From an uncultured Anaeromyxobacteraceae bacterium (GTDB lineage: Bacteria; Myxococcota_A; UBA9042; DTJE01): 55,332 nt of DNA. The stretch is from positions 1 to 55,332 of the forward strand of contig CAZNJW010000005.1 in the NCBI GenBank assembly GCA_964573455.1, read 5' to 3'. A program made the position numbers and the translations under genes. Of the stretch, positions 18,002 through 28,579 are shown piece after piece. Each line of letters begins with the position of its first letter. Within the stretch, counting starts at the first letter, position 1. The notes beneath the pieces are model-generated. The model searched no databases, was not told the DNA's origin, and was given only the letters and a program-made list of their open reading frames with translations.

Positions 18002-19960
18002 ATGGACCTCTGGACGGGTGTCAGCAAGCTGGTCGACAGAACCCTGCGAAGGGTTACTGGCTGCACTGCGTCCGAGCAGCGACGTCCATTGGTTGTGATG
18101 GTGGCGGTCGTGGCCGGCTGCATGCTGGCGATACTGCTGTTTGTCGCGGTGGCGGGACGTCATCAACTCGGCAACCGTCTTGAGGCCGAGATTGCGCTGC
18201 GCAAGGCCGCGACCAAGACCAGTGCCTTCAAGGGCACGCGTGGAACCATCTACGACTCAACCGGAAACCGTGTTCTGGCGGTCTCCGTGGAGAGCTCTTC
18301 CATAGGTTATTACTGCGGCGTGCCGGACGGGACATTCCAGAGGATCGCGGTCAGTCTTTCAACAGCGCTCGACATGGACATCGACGAGGTCACCGCCCTG
18401 ATGCGCGAGGGAAACCGCAAGGGTTCGGTCACATTCATCAAACGGCATATCTCCGAGGAAGAAGAACTCCGAATTCGGGAACTGCAGCTTCCGCACGTCA
18501 CCATCCAGCCGGACTCCAAGCGCATCTATCCCCTCGAACACTCGATGGGCGCCCTGATCGGATACGTCGCTCCGGACCGCAAAAACCTGGGCGAGTACGT
18601 CGGCAGAATGGGCGTGGAATCAGCCTGGAACAACGTGCTTGCGCCGACATCCGTTTCGGTCAGGCGCGGACGCACCACCAATATTGGCGCGTGGCGGCCG
18701 TGGCCGGGCGCGGCAAAGGGAAGAACATACTCGTCAGGCAGAACCATCAGCAAGGCGAGTGAATCATGTCAGCACAGAAGTGTCGATGCCTGGCAACTCG
18801 ACGGCGCGGACCTCGAACTGACCCTTGACTTCGACCTGCAAATCATTCTCGACGAGGCCCTGCTGGAGGCGGTCATTCGCGAGGAGGCGGATGGCGGGAT
18901 GGCGGTCATCCTGGATGCGCGGAACTTCAACGTGCTGGCGATGTCCTCCTATCCGTTCCTGGATCCGAACAACTACAAGGAGATGTGCGCGGTCGATGAC
19001 ATGCGTGAATCCGAGGTCGTGCTGGACGATGTTACGAACCCCTGTCTGAACAAGGTGCTCGGGTTCCCGTTCGAGCCTGGATCCATTGCTAAACCGGTGG
19101 GACTTGCCGCCGGGATGGAGATCGACAGCAGCATCACCCTGAACAAATCCTTCGACAACGGTAACGGTGTCTGCCACATCGGCCGAAGCCGGGTTACCGA
19201 CAAGATAAAACTGCCAAGCCCGCCGATGTGGAAGGTGATCAAGTACTCGTCCAACTGCGGCATGCAGGCGATGGCGTCGACCCTCGATCCCGAAAAGATG
19301 CGTCAGTTCTACATAAAGATGGGAATGGGCCAGAGGAACGGGATCGATGTGGCCGAGAGCATCGGTCTTGTACACAAGCAATGGCCGCTGTACCGGGCAC
19401 GTTCAGCGTCTTATGGATACAGCTTCCGCGCCACACTCCTGAACATGGCGGTCGCATACGCCACGTTGACAAACGACGGCGTCAGGCTTGAACCCAAGGT
19501 CGTGAAAACGGTCCGATGGCCGGACGGATTCGTCGAGAACGTCGTCTCGGCCGATGCAGTCAGGGTGATGTCCGCGGAACACGCCAGGGACGTCCGCAGT
19601 GCGCTCATTCACGTCGTGATGGACGACAAGGTTGGTGAGGAGAGAGCGGGCACCGGGGCCAAGGCAAGGCCGAGGAACTACACCGCAGGCGGAAAAACCG
19701 GCACGGCCGAAACCGAGGATGAATTCGGCAATGTTGTGGACCTGAAGTGTTCCTTCGTCGGCTTCGCACCGGCGAAGAACCCCAGAGTCGTGGTGGCGGT
19801 CACGCTGATTCGTCCAAAACGCAATACGGCCGCGGCCCTGACCGCCGCCCCCGTTTTTTCGAAGGTAATTGATCTGGTGCTTCCGGTTCTGGGAATCAAA
19901 CCGGATCGTCAGCAGTCTCCGGTGGCAATCAGGAAGGAAGACGTCGAGGTGCCGCGATGA
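18002..19960 (+). CDS. ftsI: Peptidoglycan D,D-transpeptidase FtsI (PBP3)
   Basis: RGTIYD in the dimerisation domain; catalytic motifs EPGSIAK (SxxK), YSSN (SxN), GKTGTAE (KTG). Confidence 0.92.
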   Translation: MDLWTGVSKLVDRTLRRVTGCTASEQRRPLVVMVAVVAGCMLAILLFVAVAGRHQLGNRLEAEIALRKAATKTSAFKGTRGTIYDSTGNRVLAVSVESSSIGYYCGVPDGTFQRIAVSLSTALDMDIDEVTALMREGNRKGSVTFIKRHISEEEELRIRELQLPHVTIQPDSKRIYPLEHSMGALIGYVAPDRKNLGEYVGRMGVESAWNNVLAPTSVSVRRGRTTNIGAWRPWPGAAKGRTYSSGRTISKASESCQHRSVDAWQLDGADLELTLDFDLQIILDEALLEAVIREEADGGMAVILDARNFNVLAMSSYPFLDPNNYKEMCAVDDMRESEVVLDDVTNPCLNKVLGFPFEPGSIAKPVGLAAGMEIDSSITLNKSFDNGNGVCHIGRSRVTDKIKLPSPPMWKVIKYSSNCGMQAMASTLDPEKMRQFYIKMGMGQRNGIDVAESIGLVHKQWPLYRARSASYGYSFRATLLNMAVAYATLTNDGVRLEPKVVKTVRWPDGFVENVVSADAVRVMSAEHARDVRSALIHVVMDDKVGEERAGTGAKARPRNYTAGGKTGTAETEDEFGNVVDLKCSFVGFAPAKNPRVVVAVTLIRPKRNTAAALTAAPVFSKVIDLVLPVLGIKPDRQQSPVAIRKEDVEVPR

Positions 19961-21465
19961 CCAGGATTCAGGGGCGGCTTCTGAAAGATATGGGTGTCAT
20001 CGCGATTCACGGTGAGGTCGCATCGGTCCACATCGACAGGGTCAGCAGTGATTCCAGGACCGCCGGACCCGGGTGCGCGTGGGTGGCGATCCCCGGAACC
20101 AGGGTCGACGGCCACACGTTCATCAACAGCGCTGTTGCCGCGGGTGCGTCGCTGATCGTTTGCGAGCGGATGCCGGAATCCTCAAGCCTTCAGGCGACGC
20201 CGCCGTTCCTGGTCGTTGAGGATTCCCGCGTGGCGCTTGCATTCCTGGCCTCGGCCGTCAATGGCGATCCGACAGGCTCGATCGACCTGTTCGCCGCGGT
20301 CGGAACTGACGGGAAAAGCTCGACAACCATGATCGTCGAGGCCGGACTTCAGGGGTGCGGGCTTGCCGCCGGTCTGCTTGGCACGCTCGTTTACCGTTAT
20401 CCCGGTCGGACGCTCGAGTCGTCGTTGACCACTCCCGACCCGGTAACCCTTCAGGAGTTCTTCAGGGACATGCTGGCCGCCGGAGTCCGGCATGCGGTGA
20501 TGGAAGTCTCCTCGCACGCGGTCCATCAGCGTCGTGTCGAGTCATGCCTGTTCAAGTCCGCGGTCTTCACCAACCTGACACGGGACCATCTCGACTATCA
20601 CGGCACGATCGAGGCATACCGTGAGGCGAAGGTCAGGTTTTTCACCGAGGTTCTTCCCCGGAATTCATCGGCCACCGGCGTTGTAGTCAACGACGACGAC
20701 GAGGTGGCCGCCGAGATTAGAAGGCGCTGCCCGCTGAAGGTGATCGGCTGGACCATGCAGGGCAACCAGTCGTCCGAGGTCCGCCTGATCGATGTCGACT
20801 ATTCGCTGGATGGGACGCGCTTTTCCTTCCAGACCCCCTGGGGCCTGATCAGGATTGAGTCTCCCCTCATCGGTCGACACAACGTCGCCAACATCATGTC
20901 GGCCGTGTCGCTGGCAGGGCTGAACGGCCTCGATCTTCAGGCGTTCGTAGCGGGCGTGCAGAGCCTGACTGTTATCCCCGGTCGTCTCGAACGGGTTAAG
21001 TCATCCAGCGGCATCCGTGTTTTCGTGGACTACGCGCACACTCCAAAGGCCATCGAAAGCGTCCTCGCGATCCTGCGTCCCATGGTCCAGGGCGGCGATC
21101 TCCACATAGTTTTTGGTGCCGGCGGGGATCGCGATTCGGGCAAGAGGCCGCTCATGGGGCGGGCCGCCGTTGTCGGGGCGACGCGCGCCACGGTCTGTAG
21201 TGACAACCCCAGATCGGAACCGGAAGAATCAATTATTGAAGCTATCGTTTCCGGTATACGCGAGGCGGAACAGGAAGGTATCGCGAGGGCGTCCTGGCAG
21301 GTCATCGCCGACCGTCGAACCGCGATCATGACGGCCATCAGGCAGTCCAAACCGGGAGACGTGTTGCTCATCGCAGGCAAGGGCCATGAGGCGGTGCAAA
21401 AGTTCAAGGATCACACCGTGCATTTCAGCGATGTCGAGGTCGCTTCGGAGGCGCTGGGAGAATGA
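19957..21465 (+). CDS. murE: UDP-N-acetylmuramoyl-L-alanyl-D-glutamate--2,6-diaminopimelate ligase
   Basis: GTDGKSST, LTTPDP, MEVSSHA, FTNLTRDHLDYH, DYAHTP, FGAGGDRD, DNPR (meso-DAP-specific), AGKGHE. Confidence 0.95.
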   Translation: MTRIQGRLLKDMGVIAIHGEVASVHIDRVSSDSRTAGPGCAWVAIPGTRVDGHTFINSAVAAGASLIVCERMPESSSLQATPPFLVVEDSRVALAFLASAVNGDPTGSIDLFAAVGTDGKSSTTMIVEAGLQGCGLAAGLLGTLVYRYPGRTLESSLTTPDPVTLQEFFRDMLAAGVRHAVMEVSSHAVHQRRVESCLFKSAVFTNLTRDHLDYHGTIEAYREAKVRFFTEVLPRNSSATGVVVNDDDEVAAEIRRRCPLKVIGWTMQGNQSSEVRLIDVDYSLDGTRFSFQTPWGLIRIESPLIGRHNVANIMSAVSLAGLNGLDLQAFVAGVQSLTVIPGRLERVKSSSGIRVFVDYAHTPKAIESVLAILRPMVQGGDLHIVFGAGGDRDSGKRPLMGRAAVVGATRATVCSDNPRSEPEESIIEAIVSGIREAEQEGIARASWQVIADRRTAIMTAIRQSKPGDVLLIAGKGHEAVQKFKDHTVHFSDVEVASEALGE

Positions 21466-22910
21466 CGCGGACGTCGAAATACGAGCTCTCGGGCGAGGGC
21501 ATTGCAGAATTCACCGGGGGAACCCTGCTGTGCGGCGCAGGGCTCTATGCAACCACCGGCGCATCGATAGACACCCGGACCATGGTTCAGGGCCAGGTCT
21601 ACTTCGCAATACGTGGACCTCGTTTTGACGGAAATGATTTCGTGGAAAGCGCCTGCGAGAAGGGCGCCGCGGGCGTTGTTGTCTCAAGTTCCGCGGTCAA
21701 CTCCGACGCGGTGCGAAGGGTGATCGCTTCGGGACGCTGCTTTGTGGTCGAGGTTGCGGACACCACCGAGGCGTTGATCTCCTCGGCCAGGAGCTGGCTT
21801 TCGATCCTGGCGCCGCGGGTAATCGCCATAACCGGTTCGATAGGCAAGACGACTACAACCGCGCTTACGTTCGCCGCTGTGTCTTCGACGTTCGTCACAC
21901 ATGTGACCTCCGGGAACTACAACAACCGCCTCGGCGTGGCCTTGACCTGTCTGGGCCTTCGGCCGCGGCACGAGGTGCTGGTGGTGGAGATGGGCATGAA
22001 CGCGCCCGGCGAGATCGCCGAGTTGTGCACCATCGCCCCCCCGGATGTGGCCATAGTCACAGCGGTTGCGCCAGTTCACCTGGAAGGTCTGAAGACGATT
22101 CAGGGTGTTGCGGCGGCGAAGGCGGAACTGGTCGACGCGCTTGGCGAGGACGGTGTCGCCATTCTGAACACCGATGACCCGCTGGTGGCTGCGATGGCTT
22201 CCCGCTGTCGCGGAAAGGTCGCATGGTTTGGCAGGGATCCGCGGTCTCAAGTCCGCGTCCTTGACGTGGGATGCGCCAGCGATGGCGCGACGATAGTGAA
22301 GTATGGAATCGAAGGCGTCGACCGAACCGTCCGGCTGAAACTGGTTGGAGTCCACAATGCGATGAACGCGGCTGCCGCCATCCTGGCCGCCATTCAAGTC
22401 GGAGTAGACCCGGAGATCGCATGCCAGTCACTTGGCGGTGTCGAGCCGGGTCGCCACCGGATGCAGCTTTGCGACCTTGGGACGATCCGGATGATCGACG
22501 ACTGCTACAACGCCTCGCCTCGATCGATGCTGGCCGGGCTCGATGCGCTTGTCATGTTGTCCGCCTCACGCAGGAAGGTCGCCGTACTTGGCGACATGCT
22601 GGAGATGGGAGACCAGACCGAGCAGGTTCATCGCGAGGTTGGCCGTGCCGTTGCCGAACGCGGTGTGGCGCTGTTTATCGCGGTTGGACGCAACGCGGCG
22701 ATCCTGGCCGAATCCGCGATCTCGGCCGGGATGGATCCCGCGCAGGTGTTCGAGGCGCAGGACTCGCTCGCTGCTGCAGCGCTTACCCGCGAGATGCTTG
22801 TTCCGCGGGATGTGGTCCTGGTCAAGGCGTCTCGCGGAGTCGGTCTGGAATTGGTCACCGATGCGATCCGGGCTCGATTCGAATCCCGGGATGTGGAGGT
22901 CGGCAACTGA
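21462..22910 (+). CDS. murF: UDP-N-acetylmuramoyl-tripeptide--D-Ala-D-Ala ligase
   Basis: ITGSIGKTTT, GNYNNRLG, EMGMNAPGEI, DDCYNASP, LGDMLEMG, VKASRG. Confidence 0.95.
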   Translation: MTRTSKYELSGEGIAEFTGGTLLCGAGLYATTGASIDTRTMVQGQVYFAIRGPRFDGNDFVESACEKGAAGVVVSSSAVNSDAVRRVIASGRCFVVEVADTTEALISSARSWLSILAPRVIAITGSIGKTTTTALTFAAVSSTFVTHVTSGNYNNRLGVALTCLGLRPRHEVLVVEMGMNAPGEIAELCTIAPPDVAIVTAVAPVHLEGLKTIQGVAAAKAELVDALGEDGVAILNTDDPLVAAMASRCRGKVAWFGRDPRSQVRVLDVGCASDGATIVKYGIEGVDRTVRLKLVGVHNAMNAAAAILAAIQVGVDPEIACQSLGGVEPGRHRMQLCDLGTIRMIDDCYNASPRSMLAGLDALVMLSASRRKVAVLGDMLEMGDQTEQVHREVGRAVAERGVALFIAVGRNAAILAESAISAGMDPAQVFEAQDSLAAAALTREMLVPRDVVLVKASRGVGLELVTDAIRARFESRDVEVGN

Positions 22911-24232
22911 TGGCGGCGGGAGTCACAACCAGGTCGATGGTCGGAACTGACCACAGCGGCGCCGAGAGCGAATCCGCCCGTGTCGTCCTGGCCGACTCCC
23001 CCGACGTGACACTGTTCAAGGGCCATTGGGACATAACGCTGCTGGCTGCCGTGCTGGCCCTTTCGGTTCTGGGGCTCCTGTTGATTCTGTCGGTGACCAT
23101 GCATGCCCCCTATGACCTGTCGGCAACGGAGCGTCTGAGCGAATTCAAGACGCAACTCATAGCGACCGGAATCGGGATCGCCATGATGTTCGTGATGCGT
23201 CACTTCAATCTGCGTGTGTTGTGGCGGCTTTCGATAGCCGCTCTGGTGATCCTCCTTGGCATTCTGATTCTTATGAAGATGGGGATCCTTGGCAAGGGGC
23301 ACGGCGGCTCAAACCGCTGGCTCTTCATAGGCCCCCTGTCGATCCAGCCGTCAGAGTTCGCGAAAGTAGCCTGGGCGATATTCCTGGCGGGCTTTCTTAC
23401 CAAGGCAGAGGATGTCGGCGCAAGCTGGAAGATGCTGCTGTTGACGGTCGGGCTGTCGGCGCCGTTCCTGGGGGTCCTGGTGCTGATGAAGGACGTCGGA
23501 TCCGCCGTGATCATGGGCGCCACGATGTTCGTCATGCTTCTTGTCGTCGGAATCAACTGGAAGCAGGCACTAACCCTGTTTGGTCTTGGAGTTGCAGGTC
23601 TGATCGGCGTGTTCGTGTGGGATCCGGTCAAGCTGGCCCGTCTTCTTTCCTGGTTCTTCGACGACTACCTGAAGAATGGCGTTGGATTCCAGGTTGCCAG
23701 AGGCGCTTTGTCGATCCAGAGCGGTGGCTTGTCCGGAACGGGCCTCGGCAGAGGCGTCGTACACGCCTGGAGTTCGCTGCCGGAGGCGAAGAACGACATG
23801 ATTATCTCGGTCGCGGCCGAGGAGCTCGGATTCATCGGCCTGGTCGGAATCTGTCTGCTGTACGCGGTCATCGCGTACAGGGGATTCGCAATCGCAAGGT
23901 CATTCGAGAGCCGCTATCGCAGAAATCTGGCATTCCTGATGACGTTCCTGATCATTCTGCCCGCGGCGATGCATATGTGCGTCAACGCTGGAATCATCCC
24001 GGCGAAGGGGCTCGTGGCCCCGTTTTTAAGCGCCGGTGGAACCGCGATGCTCATCAGCTGGGTTTGCGTCGGCATACTTCAGCGCCTGAACATAGAGGCT
24101 ACGGCGCGGATAGTCATTTCCGAGGACTTCGTTGACGAGTACCAGGCCGGAACGGCAGAAGAGCCGCCCCGCGAGGAACCGGCCCCCGGCCTGATCCTTG
24201 AGGACACTGTCGGACTGGAGGAAGAACCATGA
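22910..24232 (+). CDS. ftsW: SEDS peptidoglycan polymerase FtsW
   Basis: RWLFIGPLSIQPSEFAK, GFQV..GGLSGTGLGRG, LPEAKNDMI..EELGFIG, GLVAPFLSAGGT; start overlaps the murF stop (TGATG). Confidence 0.92.
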   Translation: MAAGVTTRSMVGTDHSGAESESARVVLADSPDVTLFKGHWDITLLAAVLALSVLGLLLILSVTMHAPYDLSATERLSEFKTQLIATGIGIAMMFVMRHFNLRVLWRLSIAALVILLGILILMKMGILGKGHGGSNRWLFIGPLSIQPSEFAKVAWAIFLAGFLTKAEDVGASWKMLLLTVGLSAPFLGVLVLMKDVGSAVIMGATMFVMLLVVGINWKQALTLFGLGVAGLIGVFVWDPVKLARLLSWFFDDYLKNGVGFQVARGALSIQSGGLSGTGLGRGVVHAWSSLPEAKNDMIISVAAEELGFIGLVGICLLYAVIAYRGFAIARSFESRYRRNLAFLMTFLIILPAAMHMCVNAGIIPAKGLVAPFLSAGGTAMLISWVCVGILQRLNIEATARIVISEDFVDEYQAGTAEEPPREEPAPGLILEDTVGLEEEP

Positions 24233-25326
24233 CCAGTCGGAAACAGGACGGAAGGATCCGCGTCGCCCTGGTCGCGGCTCAGACTGGCGGCCACCTGCTT
24301 CCCGCGGTCGAGACCGCCAGGGTTCTGGTTTCGAAGGGGTGCGAGGTCACCCTGGTCAGCAGCGGAGCCGCGGTCGAGAAGACGATTCTCGCGGACGCCG
24401 GTATTCCCGTCATGACCCTGGCGGTCGGACAGATCAAGGGGATGGGCATCGCCAGGAAGCTCCGCGGACTGTTAAGCATACCCGGCGCGCTTTATCGTGC
24501 TGTTCGGATGGTGCGCAAGCTTCGCGTGGACGCGGTTGCCGGGTTTGGTGGGTACACGGCGGGTCCGTTCGTGCTCGCGGCGGCAATCACCGGCGTACCC
24601 ACGGCGATCTACGAGGGGAATTCCAGACCCGGTCTCACGAACCGTCTTCTTGCGAAGGTAGCCAGGAAGGTTTTTGTGAACTTTTTGTCGGCCATTCCCG
24701 CGCTGGGCCGCAAGGATGCGGAGATAACCGGAAACCCCGTGCGCAAGTCGATTCTTGACATGAAGCGTGCGGTTCATGGCGGCATGGAGCGAAGGATTCT
24801 AGTTCTGGGTGGATCGCAGGGTTCAAGGTTCCTGAATGAACGTATGCCCCAGGTGTTCGCTTCGATGACGGACGTGCCCGGCGGACTGACAATCAGACAT
24901 CAGTGCGGCCTGGGAAACGAGGCGGCCGTCAGCGCTTCATATCGCGATCTTGGGGTTGAGGCCGAAGTCAGCGACTACATACGGGACATGGCCGAGGCGT
25001 ACTCCAACACGGATTTCATCATCTGCCGCGCCGGGGCTGGAACCGTGTCCGAGGTGGCTGTGGCCGGTCTGCCGGCGCTTTATGTGCCGTTCGCGGCGGC
25101 CACCGATGATCATCAGGCCGCCAACGCAGCCGACATGGTAACCGCGGGAGCCGCAATGATGATTCGCGAGTCCGAATTTGATGCCGGAAAGGTCGCTGGG
25201 CTCGTAAGCAAGCTGCTGAGCGACCCTGAAAGGCTGTCCGCGATGTCCTCCGCGGCCCTTGCCGCGGCACGTCCGGACGCTGCGGAACGGATTGCCGAAG
25301 GAATACTTGGAATGGTGAGTAAATGA
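24229..25326 (+). CDS. murG: Undecaprenyl-PP-MurNAc-pentapeptide GlcNAc transferase MurG
   Basis: TGGHLLP, GFGGY, EGNSRPGLTNR, TGNPVR, GGSQGS, CRAGAGT, DHQAANA. Confidence 0.95.
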   Translation: MTSRKQDGRIRVALVAAQTGGHLLPAVETARVLVSKGCEVTLVSSGAAVEKTILADAGIPVMTLAVGQIKGMGIARKLRGLLSIPGALYRAVRMVRKLRVDAVAGFGGYTAGPFVLAAAITGVPTAIYEGNSRPGLTNRLLAKVARKVFVNFLSAIPALGRKDAEITGNPVRKSILDMKRAVHGGMERRILVLGGSQGSRFLNERMPQVFASMTDVPGGLTIRHQCGLGNEAAVSASYRDLGVEAEVSDYIRDMAEAYSNTDFIICRAGAGTVSEVAVAGLPALYVPFAAATDDHQAANAADMVTAGAAMMIRESEFDAGKVAGLVSKLLSDPERLSAMSSAALAAARPDAAERIAEGILGMVSK

Positions 25327-26276
25327 ACGGGTGGGGGCAGTTGGCCGCAGGACTGTCGTCGATTGCCGGCGTCAAGGTCCGGGAAAATGAACCCATGGCG
25401 CGGCACACCACACTGCAGATAGGCGGTCCGGCCGATCTGTACATCGTCGTAGAGCACGCCGAGGCGCTTGAATCGGTGCTCGGCGAACTGATCGATGAGG
25501 GTTGTCCCTGGCTTATCGCGGGGGCCGGTTCAAACCTGCTGGTGATGGATGACGGGATTGAAGGTGCGGTCGTGACGCTCGGAAACGGTCTTGGCGGTCA
25601 CTCAATCGTCCCGGGTGATCACCCCGCGGTCACGGCCGGTGGCGCGATGGCTCTGGGCGCCCTGCTGGCGGCGGTCGAGAAGGCGGGGATGTCCGGTCTT
25701 GAATTCCTTACTGGAATCCCCGGGACGGTCGGGGGCGCCGTGGCGATGAACGCCGGAACCCGCTACGGCTATGTCGACAGCACGCTCGAGTCGGTGGACC
25801 TGGTCTCCGCCGCCGGGCCGGTCAGGGTCGAGGCTTCCAAACTTGGCCTGGGATACAGGACGTCATCCATCCCCGCTGGAAGCATTGTCGTATCCGCGAC
25901 ATTGCGACTCAGGACGGGGCGATGGCCGGAGGGCGAACAGATCGCAGCCACGCTGTCGGAGCTGCGCAGGAGAAATCATCCTCCAGCCGGCGGTACTGCC
26001 GGCTCGTTCTTCAGGAATCCCGATCCGGCCGCGAACCTGTTCGCCGGTCAGTTGATCGAGGAATGCGGACTGAAGGGATACCAGGTGGGTAAAGCGGTTG
26101 TGTCGCACAAACACGCGAATTTTTTGATGAATGGCGGAGACGCGACTGCCGCCGACCTGCTCGCGCTGGCAAGGCATGTGGTCGACACCGTCCGCAGGAT
26201 GAAGGGTGTCACGTTGACGCGTGAGGTCAGGCTGGTGGGCCGGGGCGCCACCGAATGGCAGGAACTGGTGCCGTAG
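25323..26276 (+). CDS. murB: UDP-N-acetylenolpyruvoylglucosamine reductase
   Basis: HTTLQIGGPAD, GAGSNLL, GIPGTVGGAVAMNAG, TAGSFFRNP, KHANF, EV. Confidence 0.95.
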   Translation: MNGWGQLAAGLSSIAGVKVRENEPMARHTTLQIGGPADLYIVVEHAEALESVLGELIDEGCPWLIAGAGSNLLVMDDGIEGAVVTLGNGLGGHSIVPGDHPAVTAGGAMALGALLAAVEKAGMSGLEFLTGIPGTVGGAVAMNAGTRYGYVDSTLESVDLVSAAGPVRVEASKLGLGYRTSSIPAGSIVVSATLRLRTGRWPEGEQIAATLSELRRRNHPPAGGTAGSFFRNPDPAANLFAGQLIEECGLKGYQVGKAVVSHKHANFLMNGGDATAADLLALARHVVDTVRRMKGVTLTREVRLVGRGATEWQELVP

Positions 26277-26296
26277 CACCATGCGGGAGGGGACCG

Positions 26297-27247
26297 ATGA
26301 AGAAGAACCGCAGGAAGATGACGAAGGAAATGGTCGTCGGCGGCGTCCGCGAGTCGGTCGGAAAGGCATTCAGACTCCACTGGAGGCTGATGCTTGCCGT
26401 TGTCTGCATAGTACTGCTGGCTGGCGGTGTGGTGGAGGCGACGAGTCTTCTGAGCCGTACTCCGCACTTCAGAATGACCGTGGTCGAGGTGTTCGGCGCC
26501 CAGCGGATGGACATCGCCGAGGTCGCGGATGCGTGTGGTCTGGTTCCTGGGATGACGAACACTCTGACCGTCGATCTGGGCGTGGTTGCCGAGACCTGTT
26601 CGCTGGACCCGCGAATCGAGTCCGTGATCGTCAAGAGGATACTGCCGGATACGGTTCGGGTGACTATTCGCGAGGTCGACCCGAGGCTCCTGCTGGCTAC
26701 AGAAAACGGATACACGGTATTTGACAGCGTCGGCAACCCCATTCCCGGGCTCCCCGCCGACTGGGAGCCAGATCTTCCGATACTTACCGGAATTGAGACT
26801 GCTCTGAGACCGGTGATTCTGCCAGATCCGCTGGACGACTCCCCGGGACGGCGTCGCGAACGCAAGGCCGAACAGGATCGCCAGAACAGGGAAAAGCTGG
26901 AAATGGTGGGACGCAGGGTTCGTGAGGCGCTCCTGCTGGTCGCGTCAATGGAGTCGATGGATCCGTCGTGGCTGGACGAGGGTGTGCTGGTGGCGTTCCG
27001 TGGAGAGTCCGGATACGAGCTCATCGCACCGGGAAGGCCGATTCTGGTCATGGGAAAGGACAGGTTCTCCGAGAAGCTGGATCGTCTCGGCTTGGCAATG
27101 AAGGCCGCGTCACTTCGCGGAGAGGATCTGGAAAAGGTCAGACTGAACAACGAAAAGAACCCGGGCAGCATCCTGATCAAGGTCAGGAAGAGCGAATCCG
27201 AGGACTCGGACAGGTCGGTGTTCACGAGGAATGTTGAGATCAGGTAG
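26297..27247 (+). CDS. ftsQ: Cell division protein FtsQ/DivIB
   Basis: Basic N-terminus, one TM helix, POTRA-like domain (..RIESVIVKRILPDTVRVTIRE), position before ftsA; GGGAGG RBS. Confidence 0.8.
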   Translation: MKKNRRKMTKEMVVGGVRESVGKAFRLHWRLMLAVVCIVLLAGGVVEATSLLSRTPHFRMTVVEVFGAQRMDIAEVADACGLVPGMTNTLTVDLGVVAETCSLDPRIESVIVKRILPDTVRVTIREVDPRLLLATENGYTVFDSVGNPIPGLPADWEPDLPILTGIETALRPVILPDPLDDSPGRRRERKAEQDRQNREKLEMVGRRVREALLLVASMESMDPSWLDEGVLVAFRGESGYELIAPGRPILVMGKDRFSEKLDRLGLAMKAASLRGEDLEKVRLNNEKNPGSILIKVRKSESEDSDRSVFTRNVEIR

Positions 27248-27271
27248 ATGAAAGGTCAGGAGGGCATCAGG

Positions 27272-28522
27272 ATGAGACGCGAAATCATTGCCGTGGCGGA
27301 CATCGGATCCGGGGAAGTCAAGATTGTCATCGCCGAAATGATGGCTGGCGAACTGAAGGTACTCGGCTGTGGTCGCGCCCGCTGCGAGGGAATCGTGGCC
27401 GGGAGGGTCTCGTCCATTACCAACACCGCCGAGGCGATCAGGCAGGCATGCCAGGACGCACAGGCGATGTCGGGCTGTGAACTGTCCGAGGTGATGGTTT
27501 GTTTCGGCGGTCGCTACATCGGAAGCATGAATAACACAGGCTCGGTGTATCACCGTCGCCTTGCGCCAGCCTCCGTGTCCGATGTCAACACCGCCATTGA
27601 GAACGCGACTCACGTGAAGATTGAGGAAGGTGCCGAGATCGTGAACGTGATTCCGCGCGGGTTCTCTCTTGACGACGCGGACGGTATCCAGGACCCGGTG
27701 CGCATGACCTGCATGAACATAGAGGCGGACGTCAATCTGATCCTCTCGTCCAAGGTAATCCTGGACAACATCCAGCGCGCGGTTGAACGCGCCTCGCTGA
27801 GGGTCAGGGAATTCGTGGCGGCGCCGTACGCATCGTCGCTGGCGGTCCTGGACGAGGAAGAGATGCGGATGGGCGTGCTGATGCTGAACCTCGGCGCAGG
27901 CACCACCTCGTTGCAGGTCTGGCGCGGCGGCGCTCTGGAATGGACCGGGGTCGTTGATAACGGCGGCAACATGGTGACTACCGCCATCAACCGCAGTCTG
28001 AAGGCGCCGTTCGATATCGCCGAGAAGACGAAGCTTCAGTTCGGCAGCGCGATTTGCGACGGGATCGACCAGAACGAATGGATCGAGGTACCGACCGTTG
28101 GCGGTCGTCAGCCATGCAGGGTGAGTCGTATGTCGCTCGCGGAAGTGATCATCGGACCGACCGTTCGCGAGTGGCTCGGCGGTGTCGCGGACTTCGCGGC
28201 GCAGAACGTAGACTTCAACGACCTGCACAGCGGGATCGTGATCACCGGCGGCGCGGCCAGGATGAGAGGCATGGTCGAGCTGACCGACGAGATCTTCAAC
28301 CTGCCGACCAGACTGGGTCAGCCGCACGACGTGTCGGGCCTGCAGTCGATAGTCGAAGGCGATCCCTCCATGTCGGCCGCGTGGGGCACGATTCTGTTCC
28401 GTGCCCTTTCAATCAATTCGAAGAATCGGTCTCCGATGGCGCCGCGTTCGCTTCGCGAGCCGGCCGGAAAGGGTTTCAGCTTTGGTTCGTTGCTTCGCAG
28501 TGCGATTGGACTTTCGTGGTGA
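27272..28522 (+). CDS. ftsA: Cell division protein FtsA (divergent)
   Basis: ADIGSGEVK (phosphate 1), SHS2 insert (IPRGFSLDD..IQDPV.M..EADV), NLGAGTT, AEKTK, ITGGAA, LPTRLG; AGGAGG RBS before ATG 27272. Confidence 0.9.
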   Translation: MRREIIAVADIGSGEVKIVIAEMMAGELKVLGCGRARCEGIVAGRVSSITNTAEAIRQACQDAQAMSGCELSEVMVCFGGRYIGSMNNTGSVYHRRLAPASVSDVNTAIENATHVKIEEGAEIVNVIPRGFSLDDADGIQDPVRMTCMNIEADVNLILSSKVILDNIQRAVERASLRVREFVAAPYASSLAVLDEEEMRMGVLMLNLGAGTTSLQVWRGGALEWTGVVDNGGNMVTTAINRSLKAPFDIAEKTKLQFGSAICDGIDQNEWIEVPTVGGRQPCRVSRMSLAEVIIGPTVREWLGGVADFAAQNVDFNDLHSGIVITGGAARMRGMVELTDEIFNLPTRLGQPHDVSGLQSIVEGDPSMSAAWGTILFRALSINSKNRSPMAPRSLREPAGKGFSFGSLLRSAIGLSW

Positions 28523-28579
28523 TTGTTATGGGCAGCCCGGTCAGGGCTTGGTGGGTATTGAATACAACGGGGTGGCATT

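Noticed and set aside
22271-22909. Apparent 213-aa N-terminal extension or fusion on FtsW
   Set aside because: It is an alternative frame of murF; the real start is the ATG overlapping the murF stop.
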